Shown here: positions 1-9,875 of the stretch, piece by piece
Numbering within the stretch: position 1 is the first letter of the stretch
Layout of the letters: each line of letters starts with the position of its first letter
Virus record (IMG/VR): IMGVR_UViG_3300037424_001778
Coordinates: 109,586-164,882 of that record
Strand: one strand, 5' to 3'
DNA from: a virus
DNA: 55,297 bases
Program-made: the position numbers and the translations under genes
The notes under the pieces: generated by a model
What the model saw: the letters and a program-made list of their open reading frames with translations, nothing else
Databases searched by the model: none
What the model was told of the DNA's origin: nothing

Positions 1-1
1 G

Positions 2-1066
2 ACTCTGGCCCTAACTCATCTCGTCAAGCGCCTCGGTCTGAAGACAGTCGTCATGGCTCCTTCGAAATCTATCGCAGACCAAATCTATGATGATTTTGTT
101 AAGTTCTTCGGTAAGAAGCGTGTAGGCAAGTTCTATGACGGCAAGAAGGATGTCAAGAAGCAGATTTTGGTATGTACTGGCCAGTCCCTCACTCGAGTAG
201 AAGAAGGCGAAATCTGGTCGAAGCTGCAAGAGGTTCAAGTGTTTATAGCGGATGAGTCACATCAGACTCCGGCCGCCACCTTCAAGAAAGTCTGCCTTGG
301 TCCTCTAGCTGCAGCTCAATATCGGTTCTTCTTCAGTGCAACACAGATGAGAAACGACGGGGCCGATATCCTCCTTGAAGGCATTACAGGTCCCATTGTG
401 TACGACATGACCGTCAGGCAAGGTGTAGACCAAGGCTTCCTGGCAAAGCCAATCTTCCATATGTACTTCGCCCCGAGCAATGGCGACTACGACAAAGACG
501 ACCCGCAGCTTATGACTCGTAAGCACCTGTACTTCCACCCCAAGGTCACAGCCCATGCAGCCAAACTAGCCAATCAAGCAGCTACGGCCGGACTGCCTTG
601 TTTAATCCTTGTGGATGAGGTCGAGCAGTTCACTAAGTTGCTGCCACATTTGAGGTTTGCCCCAGGTTTCGCTCACGGTCCTCTGGCAGAAAATAAGGCT
701 AGAGTCCCTCAGGAGTTCTGGGAGTCTGACCCCAACGACCTCGTCCAGAAATTCAATGATGGAAAAATCCCCATCCTCGTAGGGACTAGTTGTATTTCGA
801 CTGGTACCGATATCAAAGCCGTCAAGTTCTTGATTTACCTCAAGGGCGGCAAGTCAGAAATCGAAGTCAAACAAGGCATTGGCAGAGGAACCCGCCTTGT
901 ACCCGGGAAGACAGTCTGTCATGTAATAGACTACTGGGTCAAAAGTCCCACTGCGGAGCTACTCAAGAACGACGGTAAATGGTGGACTGTCGGGGCCCAC
1001 GCCAAAGAGCGCAAGGCAATCTACAATGACCTCTATGGTCCCGTCATCGAAGAAGGTGACATTTGA
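2..1066 (+). CDS. SF2 (DExH, UvsW-like) helicase, 5'-truncated by the window edge
   Basis: The frame is open from position 2. Motifs: FIADESH (II), FSAT (III), STGTDI (V), QGIGRGTR (VI). Confidence 0.85.
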   Translation, partial: TLALTHLVKRLGLKTVVMAPSKSIADQIYDDFVKFFGKKRVGKFYDGKKDVKKQILVCTGQSLTRVEEGEIWSKLQEVQVFIADESHQTPAATFKKVCLGPLAAAQYRFFFSATQMRNDGADILLEGITGPIVYDMTVRQGVDQGFLAKPIFHMYFAPSNGDYDKDDPQLMTRKHLYFHPKVTAHAAKLANQAATAGLPCLILVDEVEQFTKLLPHLRFAPGFAHGPLAENKARVPQEFWESDPNDLVQKFNDGKIPILVGTSCISTGTDIKAVKFLIYLKGGKSEIEVKQGIGRGTRLVPGKTVCHVIDYWVKSPTAELLKNDGKWWTVGAHAKERKAIYNDLYGPVIEEGDI

Positions 1067-1078
1067 TGGTGTGGTACA

Positions 1079-3349
1079 ATGAGACCTCAAGAAAACGAGG
1101 GTCGAATGGATACAGGCTACCGTCAATTTTGCGTCAGACTAGAAGAGCTGCTGAATAAGCACGATAGCACCATAGACCCATCTGAAGACCTACTGGACCG
1201 CCAGCGTCGCCAGCTCATGCACTTGATGGAGCTGGAGGCCGAATACCGCGACTCTCTCCCCATCGAAGTCTTTGAAGACTTCATCACATACATAACCATC
1301 GAACGCCGCAACATCCTAGCCGCCCGCCCATTTTTCCGAGAACGCTCTGACATTTTCGTAGCTCATCTAAGCGATGCCTTCAAGACTCGTAATGCAAGCA
1401 CAATCCGACAATTTCGCCTCAACTGGTCATTTGTAGAATGGGTCACCCGTACCCACCCAATCCCCGGCCGCAAGAAGCTCGCACGTATCATTTCCAAACA
1501 ACGCACTGAAATCCTCGAGCAAAACCTACCCTTCGCTATTTCCCAAGCACGCCAGTTCTGGAACTCGACTCCACGCAGCCATTTGACATTCATGGATATT
1601 CTTCAAATTCAATGCCAAGGACTACTTTTAGCCATCGACAAATTCGTAGGTCCCGACGAATCAACCATGTCACGCAAAGATGCCATGCATGCCTGGAAGT
1701 CCTTCCGTGCCGTGGCTATAGGAATTATGAGACGAGACAGGTGCAACGCGTATTCGATTGACGAAGATGTAATCTTAATTACATGCGACCAACAACAGAA
1801 GAAAATCAAGGATTTCATACCTGGCGACTCTATCTTTGGGGTCGATTCTCAGGGGCAGACTATCGAGACTCAAGTAGTAGCATTACACGACCACGGTATG
1901 TTGGAAGGCTACGAGGTGGTTTTCGACGATGGGTACAAGATCGTTTGTTCCCAGGACCACAAGTTCTTGGCGCTCAATGGTATGGTAGCCCTCAAGGACC
2001 TAGGCCCGTTGGGGGTGCTTTGTGAGCCCGCCATCCAAGACAGGTGGATGGCGACGTCCTTGCGGACTGACGCTTCCGACACGAAAAGGTGCGATAGCTC
2101 ACAGCATGGCGTGTCCAGAGTGTCTGCGGTTAGCGACTCAAGCCCGGAGTCTGAGATCTCTGCTCTCTGTGCATCGCCGTCCAGAAGGTTGGAAGACGCA
2201 GTGCGGAGCAATATTTCCGTCTCGGGAGAAACAAGAAGTACATCACAAAGAATGCCCTGTGTGTATAGAACTCATTCGGAGCAATTACTGGTTTCTGGAA
2301 GGACTTCAACGCTGGCAGAAGGGGCATCAACAGGAAGTTTTGGAACACATCAAGTCGGTCAGAGAAAAGTATTGGCAGGAATTGGAGGCGGACCCGGAGA
2401 GACAACGCAAGGATATCGAAGCCCGAGTGGCTGGAACAGTCAAGTGGCGAAAGGACCACCCCCAACAATTCCAGGAGAATATGGAGAAGGCCAGGAGCAA
2501 AAAGAAAGTATCCAAAATGGAAACGGGAGTACGGAAGGTTCTGGGATGGCCATCGGCACAGATTCGCTGCGGTCAAGAGCGCAAGCAAGTAGACCTTGTG
2601 AGTCCAGACCACAAGATATGGATAGAAGTCGATGGGGGGTTCCATTTTGTCGAGTTTCCGACGAAGAGAGCCAAGAAGGCACCCCTGACGACGATTCAGT
2701 TTCGCGATGCCATCCTGAACATAGAAGCTCTCAGGCGTCAGGATGTGATGTTGATTCGTCTGGATGGGAGTTGCTTTTGCGGCAAGGAACGCAGGTTGAT
2801 ATCAAAGTGGCTAGCTTGGCTGACAGCTATGCTCCGCTCACCTCGACCGGGAGTTTGGTGTTGCGGAAAGTCGTACGAATCAGCCCCGTGGGCCTCAAGC
2901 ACATGTACGATCTTGAGGTCTCCCACCCCAAACATAACTTCATCCTGCCCAACGGAGTGATAACTAGCAATAGTGAAACTGTACTTCACCTGTTCCCATC
3001 CGACAAATTGAAAATATATAGAGCCAACAAACTATTACGCCGCAACAGTGGTGTAATCGACTACGACAAACTAGCTACCGACATCAACGCACATATCGAC
3101 AATCCCAAAATCACTACCGACCGAAACGAGATACAAGACCTACTGGCCGCCGCCTCTACTGTATCTGCTGATTTCTGTCCGGACCCCGAAGGCGACCCAA
3201 TCGTCGACACCCACCCAGACAGCGCGGATTCGCGTCCAGATGCTATGTGTGAGGGTTCGGAGTCTCTACGGGTGATGTATGAGGCGATTGCCACTTTGGG
3301 CTTGCGAGATAGGAAGCTGCTGAAGATGAAAGGGGTACACGCTGTATGA
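1079..3349 (+). CDS. Phage sigma70-like RNA polymerase sigma factor precursor with an intein (about 350 aa after splicing)
   Basis: Region-2-like ILEQNLPFAISQARQF...MDILQIQCQGLLLAIDKF...SFRAVA and region-4-like AIATLGLRDRKLL. The intein sits after RCNAY. Confidence 0.75.
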   Translation: MRPQENEGRMDTGYRQFCVRLEELLNKHDSTIDPSEDLLDRQRRQLMHLMELEAEYRDSLPIEVFEDFITYITIERRNILAARPFFRERSDIFVAHLSDAFKTRNASTIRQFRLNWSFVEWVTRTHPIPGRKKLARIISKQRTEILEQNLPFAISQARQFWNSTPRSHLTFMDILQIQCQGLLLAIDKFVGPDESTMSRKDAMHAWKSFRAVAIGIMRRDRCNAYSIDEDVILITCDQQQKKIKDFIPGDSIFGVDSQGQTIETQVVALHDHGMLEGYEVVFDDGYKIVCSQDHKFLALNGMVALKDLGPLGVLCEPAIQDRWMATSLRTDASDTKRCDSSQHGVSRVSAVSDSSPESEISALCASPSRRLEDAVRSNISVSGETRSTSQRMPCVYRTHSEQLLVSGRTSTLAEGASTGSFGTHQVGQRKVLAGIGGGPGETTQGYRSPSGWNSQVAKGPPPTIPGEYGEGQEQKESIQNGNGSTEGSGMAIGTDSLRSRAQASRPCESRPQDMDRSRWGVPFCRVSDEESQEGTPDDDSVSRCHPEHRSSQASGCDVDSSGWELLLRQGTQVDIKVASLADSYAPLTSTGSLVLRKVVRISPVGLKHMYDLEVSHPKHNFILPNGVITSNSETVLHLFPSDKLKIYRANKLLRRNSGVIDYDKLATDINAHIDNPKITTDRNEIQDLLAAASTVSADFCPDPEGDPIVDTHPDSADSRPDAMCEGSESLRVMYEAIATLGLRDRKLLKMKGVHAV
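1754..2971 (+). mobile_element. Intein in the sigma factor (406 aa; Ser1 ... Asn, Ser+1)
   Basis: N-terminal SIDEDVILIT..KKIKDFIPGD, block B CSQDHKFL, block F/G MYDLEVSHPKHNFILPNGVITSN|S. Confidence 0.85.
2022..2960 (+). CDS. Vsr/DUF559-like PD-(D/E)xK endonuclease nested in the +1 frame inside the intein
   Basis: GTG start preceded by GGGGGTG. Contains CPEC/CPVC motifs and METGVRKVL...QVDL...IWIEVDGGFHF...RDAILN...LIRL. Confidence 0.75.
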   Translation: MSPPSKTGGWRRPCGLTLPTRKGAIAHSMACPECLRLATQARSLRSLLSVHRRPEGWKTQCGAIFPSREKQEVHHKECPVCIELIRSNYWFLEGLQRWQKGHQQEVLEHIKSVREKYWQELEADPERQRKDIEARVAGTVKWRKDHPQQFQENMEKARSKKKVSKMETGVRKVLGWPSAQIRCGQERKQVDLVSPDHKIWIEVDGGFHFVEFPTKRAKKAPLTTIQFRDAILNIEALRRQDVMLIRLDGSCFCGKERRLISKWLAWLTAMLRSPRPGVWCCGKSYESAPWASSTCTILRSPTPNITSSCPTE

Positions 3350-3542
3350 CACCTACTCAAGTTAGAAATCTAGGCGCTGCCCTAGAGAATACAGGTAGAG
3401 CCATCCCAGACCTTGATAGGGATTGGGCTAAGCAAGGCCGTGATGTCCAAATCTACTGCGCCGAGGCCCTCTAAGACCTAGCTGGCACTATGGAGCGCTT
3501 GGCCAAACACTGGCTTGCCAATCTCAACCCGGAGGACAAATA

Positions 3543-3890
3543 ATGAAAACAACCAAGGGACGCGTGGCCTGTTCTCAATTTCCAGACCAATCAGTAAAGA
3601 CATCAGCCGTAGGTACGGGAGCGGTCAAAGTCGGGCTCATCGAGAATAGAGCCAGCCTTGCCAAGCTGACTGTTGTTCTTGAAACTGAAGATGGTAGATT
3701 CCGCGAGGGGGACTGTATCTTCGTGCCGTCAAAGCAATACACGGCTGGCTGGGCAAAGGAACTCTTGACGGTAGGCGAGAAGTCCTTTATCCTGTGCCCC
3801 GAAGACCAAATCATGGCCTTTGAACGGCCAGTACCGGCCTCAAGGCCCAGCCCTATTCCTGTAGGGCTCTATATTCTAGGAGATAAGTAA
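3543..3890 (+). CDS. GroES-like co-chaperonin candidate
   Basis: GGAGG RBS. The FREGDCIFV...GEKSFILCPEDQIMAF pattern and the size resemble Cpn10. Confidence 0.5.
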   Translation: MKTTKGRVACSQFPDQSVKTSAVGTGAVKVGLIENRASLAKLTVVLETEDGRFREGDCIFVPSKQYTAGWAKELLTVGEKSFILCPEDQIMAFERPVPASRPSPIPVGLYILGDK

Positions 3891-3991
3891 ATGTCAGAAT
3901 CAACCAAGCAAGTCCTAGCAGCTATCGGAATCGGCATCTTTGGCATCGCCGAGGTCCTATTGGTCATCACTCTAATCGCTCTGGTCTGCCG

Positions 3992-4255
3992 GTGAAAATC
4001 ACGGTAACCCACACCGCCAATGGCTGTGAGTGTGGTTGTTGTGGCCACGCAATAGAGGTCTATCCAGACGACACTGATGACCGGTGTTACCACTGCTTTG
4101 ACTTCGACCACGCCAATAACGGCCAAGACTTGCGAGAGTTCGCCCAACATCTCGTGGAAGACTTCTTGCGTTACAACCATCCAGAGCTACTCAAAGACGT
4201 GGACTGGTCTGCCATGGAAGTGGATGCCGTAGATTTCGATAGGTGTAGCCTATGA
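3992..4255 (+). CDS. Hypothetical protein (Cys-rich N-terminus)
   Basis: ORF overlaps the start of the next gene (ATGA coupling). Confidence 0.55.
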   Translation: MKITVTHTANGCECGCCGHAIEVYPDDTDDRCYHCFDFDHANNGQDLREFAQHLVEDFLRYNHPELLKDVDWSAMEVDAVDFDRCSL

Positions 4256-5232
4256 AGCTGCTTTTGGTCGGGGACCCGCACGTCACAGTCGAGGAAATAC
4301 CTGACTGCCAGGCCCTCCTGGACTTGGTCTTAGGCACGGCCAGACAGCATCACCCAGACTACGTGGTTTTTCTAGGCGACCTCCACCATGGCCACGCCGT
4401 AGTGAGGGTCGAGGTCATGGATTTCTGGAAACGGAACCTGGCTGTGTTGGGGCAAGATGGCCAGAAATCCATTCTACTTGTGGGAAATCACGATAGGCCC
4501 AATAATGTCAACCTCAAGATGGATGCCCTGGCGTACGAATCGCCTACCACCCATGTTGTCTCGGAGCCAGAAGCAATAGGTGACGTCCGGTTCGTCCCCT
4601 GGACGCCCAGCAACGAAGAGTTTGTCGCAGCTTGTGGCGACGCCAAGGTGATTTTCGCACACCAGGAATTTAAAGGCGGCCAGTTCGACAATGGCATGTT
4701 CATCCCCAACGGTGTCGACCCGGACTCTATTCCAGCCACAGCTATTGTCTCGGGACATATCCACAAACCTGCCATGTTCGGCACGGTATGGTACCCTGGG
4801 AGCCCGAGATGGCGAACGGCTTCGGACGCCAACGTAGACAGAGCTATTTGGCTAGTGGAAGTCCAAGACGGTCAAGTTTCTGACAGCGGTCCAGGCCTAG
4901 GACCCATCTCTACTCGTGGGGTTTGCCGGGCTCTGTACCACATCGAAGACATCGAAGGAAATCCCGCCCAGGAAACTTTTCCTGTCCAGGAACCAGCCCG
5001 CGTCACCGTGAACGTCCGGGGCGGCGCCGAGTACGTCAATACCCGCAAGGCCTTCTGGGCGGCCCAAGGAGCTTCCGTCGCGACGTTCCCCACCCAAGAG
5101 ACGGTGCGGGACGTACGAGAGTCTGACGGCCTTCCTAGGGCCCTCCAGAAGCATATCGCCCAGTACAAGCCAAAGTACGGCACGCCTGTAGAGGTTTTGA
5201 CAAAGATGGTCAACGAAAGGATTTCGATATGA
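4252..5232 (+). CDS. Metallophosphoesterase (Mre11/SbcD-like nuclease)
   Basis: GDPH, FLGDLHH, VGNHD, AHQE, SGHIH, YPGSP motifs. Confidence 0.85.
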   Translation: MKLLLVGDPHVTVEEIPDCQALLDLVLGTARQHHPDYVVFLGDLHHGHAVVRVEVMDFWKRNLAVLGQDGQKSILLVGNHDRPNNVNLKMDALAYESPTTHVVSEPEAIGDVRFVPWTPSNEEFVAACGDAKVIFAHQEFKGGQFDNGMFIPNGVDPDSIPATAIVSGHIHKPAMFGTVWYPGSPRWRTASDANVDRAIWLVEVQDGQVSDSGPGLGPISTRGVCRALYHIEDIEGNPAQETFPVQEPARVTVNVRGGAEYVNTRKAFWAAQGASVATFPTQETVRDVRESDGLPRALQKHIAQYKPKYGTPVEVLTKMVNERISI

Positions 5233-5290
5233 GCGTCGACTTCCAGAACCGCATACATAGCTGGTCGGCCTACTTTGAGGAGAAGATGTC

Positions 5291-5641
5291 ATGAATGATA
5301 TGAAGATTGAGAATCTAGATGCCAAGATGGAAGTAGTTACTTTCGAATTTGAGGACCAGCCAGAGGGGGACGGCAGTTCGCTTCACGAGCGCCGCATCGA
5401 AGTCAATGACGTCAACGAAAAGGGCATTTTCTTCATGTGCCACGACGACGACAACAATCCGTGCCATGTCGTCTTCAGTGCCGCAGACGCACGACACTTA
5501 GCAGCAGAGTTGCTTGAGGCCGCAGACGACCTAGACAACATCAACACTCAACCTCACTACATCAGCGAGGCAAGCACACTTGCCAGAGAATATCTAGCGA
5601 AAGTCCTCACCCAAGACGACTCGGAGTGCCGCGATGAGTGA
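5291..5641 (+). CDS. Hypothetical protein
   Basis: GAGGAG RBS; acidic ORF. Confidence 0.6.
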   Translation: MNDMKIENLDAKMEVVTFEFEDQPEGDGSSLHERRIEVNDVNEKGIFFMCHDDDNNPCHVVFSAADARHLAAELLEAADDLDNINTQPHYISEASTLAREYLAKVLTQDDSECRDE

Positions 5642-6080
5642 CACAGTTTCGTCCAAACCGATTCTTGACGCTCTGGCCGCCAGAGGCTTCGGCAAGCAGG
5701 CTCCGAATCCCCAACTGGCCGAGTTCGACGCAGCACGTCAGCTAAGCGCGGTGTCTAATTGCATATACGAGCCGCAAATCATCGCCCTCAAGCGCAACAC
5801 CATGCTCATTACCGATTCCAACAAAATCGGGATGTCGATAGACACCGACGCGAAGAAGCTGGTCTACACGCACGGCCCTCCAATCGAATACAAGCGAACG
5901 CCCGTCCAAATCCAAGAGATGATGGAGCAGATGGCGGCTCAGGTTCTGGGTAAGGGCTGGACTGTGGTCTCGGGTCAAAAGTCAAGTGTGGTAGAATCGA
6001 AGCATGGCTCTCGAAACAAAACTCGCAAACCTAGTCAAACCAAGAAGCCTCGACGAAAAGCTCGCCGCCCTAACAGATGA
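5634..6080 (+). CDS. Hypothetical protein with a basic tail
   Basis: ORF coupled to the upstream gene. Confidence 0.55.
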   Translation: MSDTVSSKPILDALAARGFGKQAPNPQLAEFDAARQLSAVSNCIYEPQIIALKRNTMLITDSNKIGMSIDTDAKKLVYTHGPPIEYKRTPVQIQEMMEQMAAQVLGKGWTVVSGQKSSVVESKHGSRNKTRKPSQTKKPRRKARRPNR

Positions 6081-6675
6081 GGAGCGCGACGCCTACAACA
6101 ACTCCCTCAAGAATCCGCCACTATCTCCTAATGCCGCAATGCAATATTGCCGGCTATTCATTCAGGGGTACACCACGGCAGAAATAGCGCGTCAGAACCC
6201 TAGTTTGGGTCTGATGGGTCCAGGGCTGATGGTCAGGGCTCGTGTTGAATTCGATTGGGACGCGCAGCGAGACGCATACATCAATTCTTTGATGTCCTCT
6301 GCCAGGCGAGGCTGTGAAAAAACCACACTAGAAGCCATCCAGCTTATGTCGGATGGGATGGCCGCATACCATTTGTTGGTCGGAGAGAAGTTCCGCACTT
6401 TCCTCCGAACTGGGAACCCTGACGACCTGGGCGAGTGGAAGGACACGTTTAGCTTTGAAAAATACAGAAAAATGTTGGACACTCTTCAGGCTTTGACTGG
6501 CCAAGTACAAGCCGCAGCCAAACAGTCTCCAACCTTCGCTGAAGCGACGCCAGCGCCAGGACCTACACAAACGATTGAAGGGCAAAGCCTTCCAAAACTC
6601 GTGGCAAACCAGCCAGTCTCCCCAAAAGACGCAGCTACAATGCTCGAGTTCCTTTTGAAGGATGAAAAGAAATGA
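6004..6675 (+). CDS. Putative terminase small subunit
   Basis: HTH-like segment (GYTTAEIARQ) followed by a helical region; ATGA-coupled to the large terminase. Confidence 0.5.
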   Translation: MALETKLANLVKPRSLDEKLAALTDEERDAYNNSLKNPPLSPNAAMQYCRLFIQGYTTAEIARQNPSLGLMGPGLMVRARVEFDWDAQRDAYINSLMSSARRGCEKTTLEAIQLMSDGMAAYHLLVGEKFRTFLRTGNPDDLGEWKDTFSFEKYRKMLDTLQALTGQVQAAAKQSPTFAEATPAPGPTQTIEGQSLPKLVANQPVSPKDAATMLEFLLKDEKK

Positions 6676-9600
6676 GCATCTCAGTAGCCGACAGACGAAA
6701 GCTGCTCTTCACTCCATGCACGACCAGACAGCATTTTCAAACCTGGATTCGTATGTTCATGGAAAACTCCATGGGCCAGGTCGACTTGCCGGACTGTACT
6801 GTGTCTGAAGAGTCCAATTCCAATCCTTTGGAGAACATCTGGTCCGTATACGATAGGGTCCTTCGGAACGACCTAGTAGGTTTCAGTCGTACAATTAACT
6901 ACGCCGGACGTGGGTCTTATAAGACCCTGGGGGCCGCTGTACTCGAGGTGATGGTTCTATTACACACACCCCGTAACGTAGCTCACATGGCTGCACAGTC
7001 TGCCCAATCGCAATACGCCGCAGCCTACGTGAAGGATTTCTTCCAGGGCGAAATATTGCGTGATTTCGTCGTCGAACAAAACACCACCGGATTGAAGATA
7101 ATACGGTTCATACATCACACCACGGGAGAGGTGCTTACACTTCAGGAGTTCACCGAACGTGGGGAATCTGAAGTAAATTATACAAGGTACGGCAACTTCT
7201 TGCGGCTAATTATCTGCACTATGGCCGGCGCCAATAGCACACACGTAGAGTTCATGTGTGTAGACGGAGACACGAAGATTTTGGCCAAATACACAGACAA
7301 CGGGACTGGGTCCAATAGAAAGAGGCGCGCCCGTACCGCCAGGGGCCTGTATCGAGAGCTAGCTGGAATGAGTCACGGAGGGCGTGGGGATGTGGCCGGC
7401 TCGGAGCCGTCAATCATAGAGATACCGTCCGGTTTAGTGGAAGTCGCATCTTACGATTGGCAGACAGGAGCTATGGAGTTCCAGCCCTTAGCCGGTGGAG
7501 TGCGCCGCACAGAGGAGTGCGTAGAGGTGAGCAGAGAGGGTGGGAGACTCGTCTGTAGTTCGTCCCACCTGGTGTGGACTAAGCGGGGATTCGTATCGGC
7601 GCAAGACCTCAAAGTAACTGATGTGTTACTTGTGATGAATAAAGCTAAGACAGAAAGCAAAAGAGCTGCCGGACGCCCTGTGCCAAGCCCTATCTCAACT
7701 ATTGCTCCATCTACCGGAGAGTGGGATTATTGGGAACAGATAGTTTTGGGCAGTTTGATGGGAGACTGTGGAATATACAAAAAAATAAGCAACAATCCTT
7801 ATCTAAGAGAGCAGCACTGCGTAGATCAGAAGGGGTATTTGGATTGGAAATGGAACGTCATATCCCAAAGGATAAGGACCCATCCGACCACAGCCACGAG
7901 TGGCTTTACTGGCGCAGAAATGCCAGCGTACCAATCTGGTTGCTCCCCTCTTCTTTTGCCGTACAAAGACATACGCACATCTCTGGATGGAATCGAGCGA
8001 CTTGAAGCTCCCGGTTTGGCGATTTGGTATCAGGACGACGGCTGTGCTGGTAATTCCTTTCGTATCTCCACCGAGGGTTTTACTCATGAGCAGAATTACA
8101 AGATATCAGAATTCTTAAGTAGAAAGTTCCACATCGAAACGACGGTGTCTAGTTACGAGAGAGACGGTAGTGTTTACTATTACATACACGGAGGAGTAGA
8201 GGCTAAACGCCGACTCGTCGAACTCTGTTCCGAATGGATACACCCATCTATGGCTTACAAGTTTGACTTGTCTGCGAATACTGGAATATGTATTCATTGT
8301 GGAGCCGAGTTCTGGTTCTACCAGCAAGGCACAGGAAGCAAGACGTGTGGCAGTCCATTGTGTCGGCACCTACAAATGGGGACTTTGAAATACGCCAATG
8401 TTCTCGGTGTCAAGAGCGTTGGTCCAAAAGTAGTGTACGACTTTGTCGTACAGAAAAACCACAATTTCTGGACGAACGGCATTTTGTCTAAAAATTGCGT
8501 AGACGAAGTTGACGTTATACCAACGCAATATATTCCGGCATACTACCAAGCCCAGAACATCCCAGACCCTCGTGAGGGAATGCTTCCGTTGACCATGCTG
8601 ACGTCTACGCGCAAGCTCCGCACCGGCCTTGTGCAGAAAGAGCTAGACGAAGCAGAGCGCACTAACCTACACGTTAGGCACTGGAACGTCATTGACGTAA
8701 CTCAGGCTTGTTCTGCCGACCGGCACCACCCAGAACTTCCAAAGCAGAAGTACTACGTAAACGACGACCTAGTCAAGCACATTACCTCAGAAGAATACGA
8801 AGTAATGAACCCTGGGCAACAAAAGGCTTGGTATTGCGTTGAAGGGTTCGAGGGTTGCCGTGGATGCAGGATTTTCCCGGCATGTAAGTCCAGGCTGGCG
8901 ACACATCAGACCTCGACTTCCAAGCTACTGAAGCCAATCACATGGGTATTGGAAAAATTCCAGAACGCCCCCACACCCGAATTCATATCGACAGAATACC
9001 TCTGCCGCAAGGCGATGGCCACCGGTCTGGTCTATTCACGTATCACCCGTGACAAGCATTGGAAGTCTGCGGCAGAGATGGCCTTGCTGATAACTGGAGA
9101 TGAATATCCAGCCGACATGGGGAAGGCAGCCCTAATCGCCCTACTGAAACAAAAGGGAGCCGTCTTTTGTACTGGCATGGACTTCGGTTTCAGCCACAAC
9201 TTCGCTACCGTCACTTTCGCCATTTTCGGGCAGTACGTGTTTGTGCTGGACTGCTTCGCTCAGGCAGGCCTGCAGTTGGACGAACAGACAGCTAGCTGCG
9301 AGTACCTCAAGACCGTTTACGACAACCCAGTCATCTACCCTGACCCAGCCTACCCAGCATCCATCAAGACCTTCCGTACGCGAGGGTTCAAGGCCCGCGA
9401 TTGGGAGAAGAAGCCCTTTTCTGTAAAGGCAGGCATCGAAATCGTTCGCTCTCTCTTGTGGTCTGGTTCTGGTCTGGTTCGCATGATGTTTTTAAAGGGC
9501 GACTCTGGGGTGGAATTTCTGCTGATTAGAGCCGAGAAATATAAATACAAGGTGGACGCTACCGGTACACCGACAGAAGAACCCGACGAAAAAGACGACG

Positions 9601-9875
9601 ACGAATTGGACGCTCTGCGCTACGGAATCATGAACGCGCTCGGGTCTGAAGGAGCACTCAAAGAAAAGAAGTCGGCCATCGTACGTGAATCGAACGCGGC
9701 GGCGCCACTTACGTCTCAGGCAGCGGCCCAACAGGCATCCGTGGCCCAACCAGGCATCCAGCAGCAATGGTTGGTCAATGAAATCCGCTCGCTGACGGGC
9801 CAACAGACACAGGTGAAGGATGGGGTCGTGAGTACTGGCTCCATAAAGAAGAATAGATTTATCTTTGATGTTTAG
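6672..9875 (+). CDS. terL: Terminase large subunit with an intein
   Basis: Walker A-like AGRGSYKT, Walker B FM/CVDEVD split by the intein, nuclease motifs GMDFGF and DDELDALRY. Confidence 0.9.
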   Translation: MSISVADRRKLLFTPCTTRQHFQTWIRMFMENSMGQVDLPDCTVSEESNSNPLENIWSVYDRVLRNDLVGFSRTINYAGRGSYKTLGAAVLEVMVLLHTPRNVAHMAAQSAQSQYAAAYVKDFFQGEILRDFVVEQNTTGLKIIRFIHHTTGEVLTLQEFTERGESEVNYTRYGNFLRLIICTMAGANSTHVEFMCVDGDTKILAKYTDNGTGSNRKRRARTARGLYRELAGMSHGGRGDVAGSEPSIIEIPSGLVEVASYDWQTGAMEFQPLAGGVRRTEECVEVSREGGRLVCSSSHLVWTKRGFVSAQDLKVTDVLLVMNKAKTESKRAAGRPVPSPISTIAPSTGEWDYWEQIVLGSLMGDCGIYKKISNNPYLREQHCVDQKGYLDWKWNVISQRIRTHPTTATSGFTGAEMPAYQSGCSPLLLPYKDIRTSLDGIERLEAPGLAIWYQDDGCAGNSFRISTEGFTHEQNYKISEFLSRKFHIETTVSSYERDGSVYYYIHGGVEAKRRLVELCSEWIHPSMAYKFDLSANTGICIHCGAEFWFYQQGTGSKTCGSPLCRHLQMGTLKYANVLGVKSVGPKVVYDFVVQKNHNFWTNGILSKNCVDEVDVIPTQYIPAYYQAQNIPDPREGMLPLTMLTSTRKLRTGLVQKELDEAERTNLHVRHWNVIDVTQACSADRHHPELPKQKYYVNDDLVKHITSEEYEVMNPGQQKAWYCVEGFEGCRGCRIFPACKSRLATHQTSTSKLLKPITWVLEKFQNAPTPEFISTEYLCRKAMATGLVYSRITRDKHWKSAAEMALLITGDEYPADMGKAALIALLKQKGAVFCTGMDFGFSHNFATVTFAIFGQYVFVLDCFAQAGLQLDEQTASCEYLKTVYDNPVIYPDPAYPASIKTFRTRGFKARDWEKKPFSVKAGIEIVRSLLWSGSGLVRMMFLKGDSGVEFLLIRAEKYKYKVDATGTPTEEPDEKDDDELDALRYGIMNALGSEGALKEKKSAIVRESNAAAPLTSQAAAQQASVAQPGIQQQWLVNEIRSLTGQQTQVKDGVVSTGSIKKNRFIFDV
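7257..8495 (+). mobile_element. Intein with a LAGLIDADG homing endonuclease (413 aa)
   Basis: CVDGDT start, CSSSHLVWT block B, IVLGSLMGDC and LAIWYQDDG motifs, VYDFVVQKNHNFWTNGILSKN|C end. Confidence 0.9.

Noticed and set aside
2130-2645. Third, antisense ORF inside the sigma-factor intein
   Set aside because: No motif or RBS; it is likely a by-product of the dual-coding constraint.
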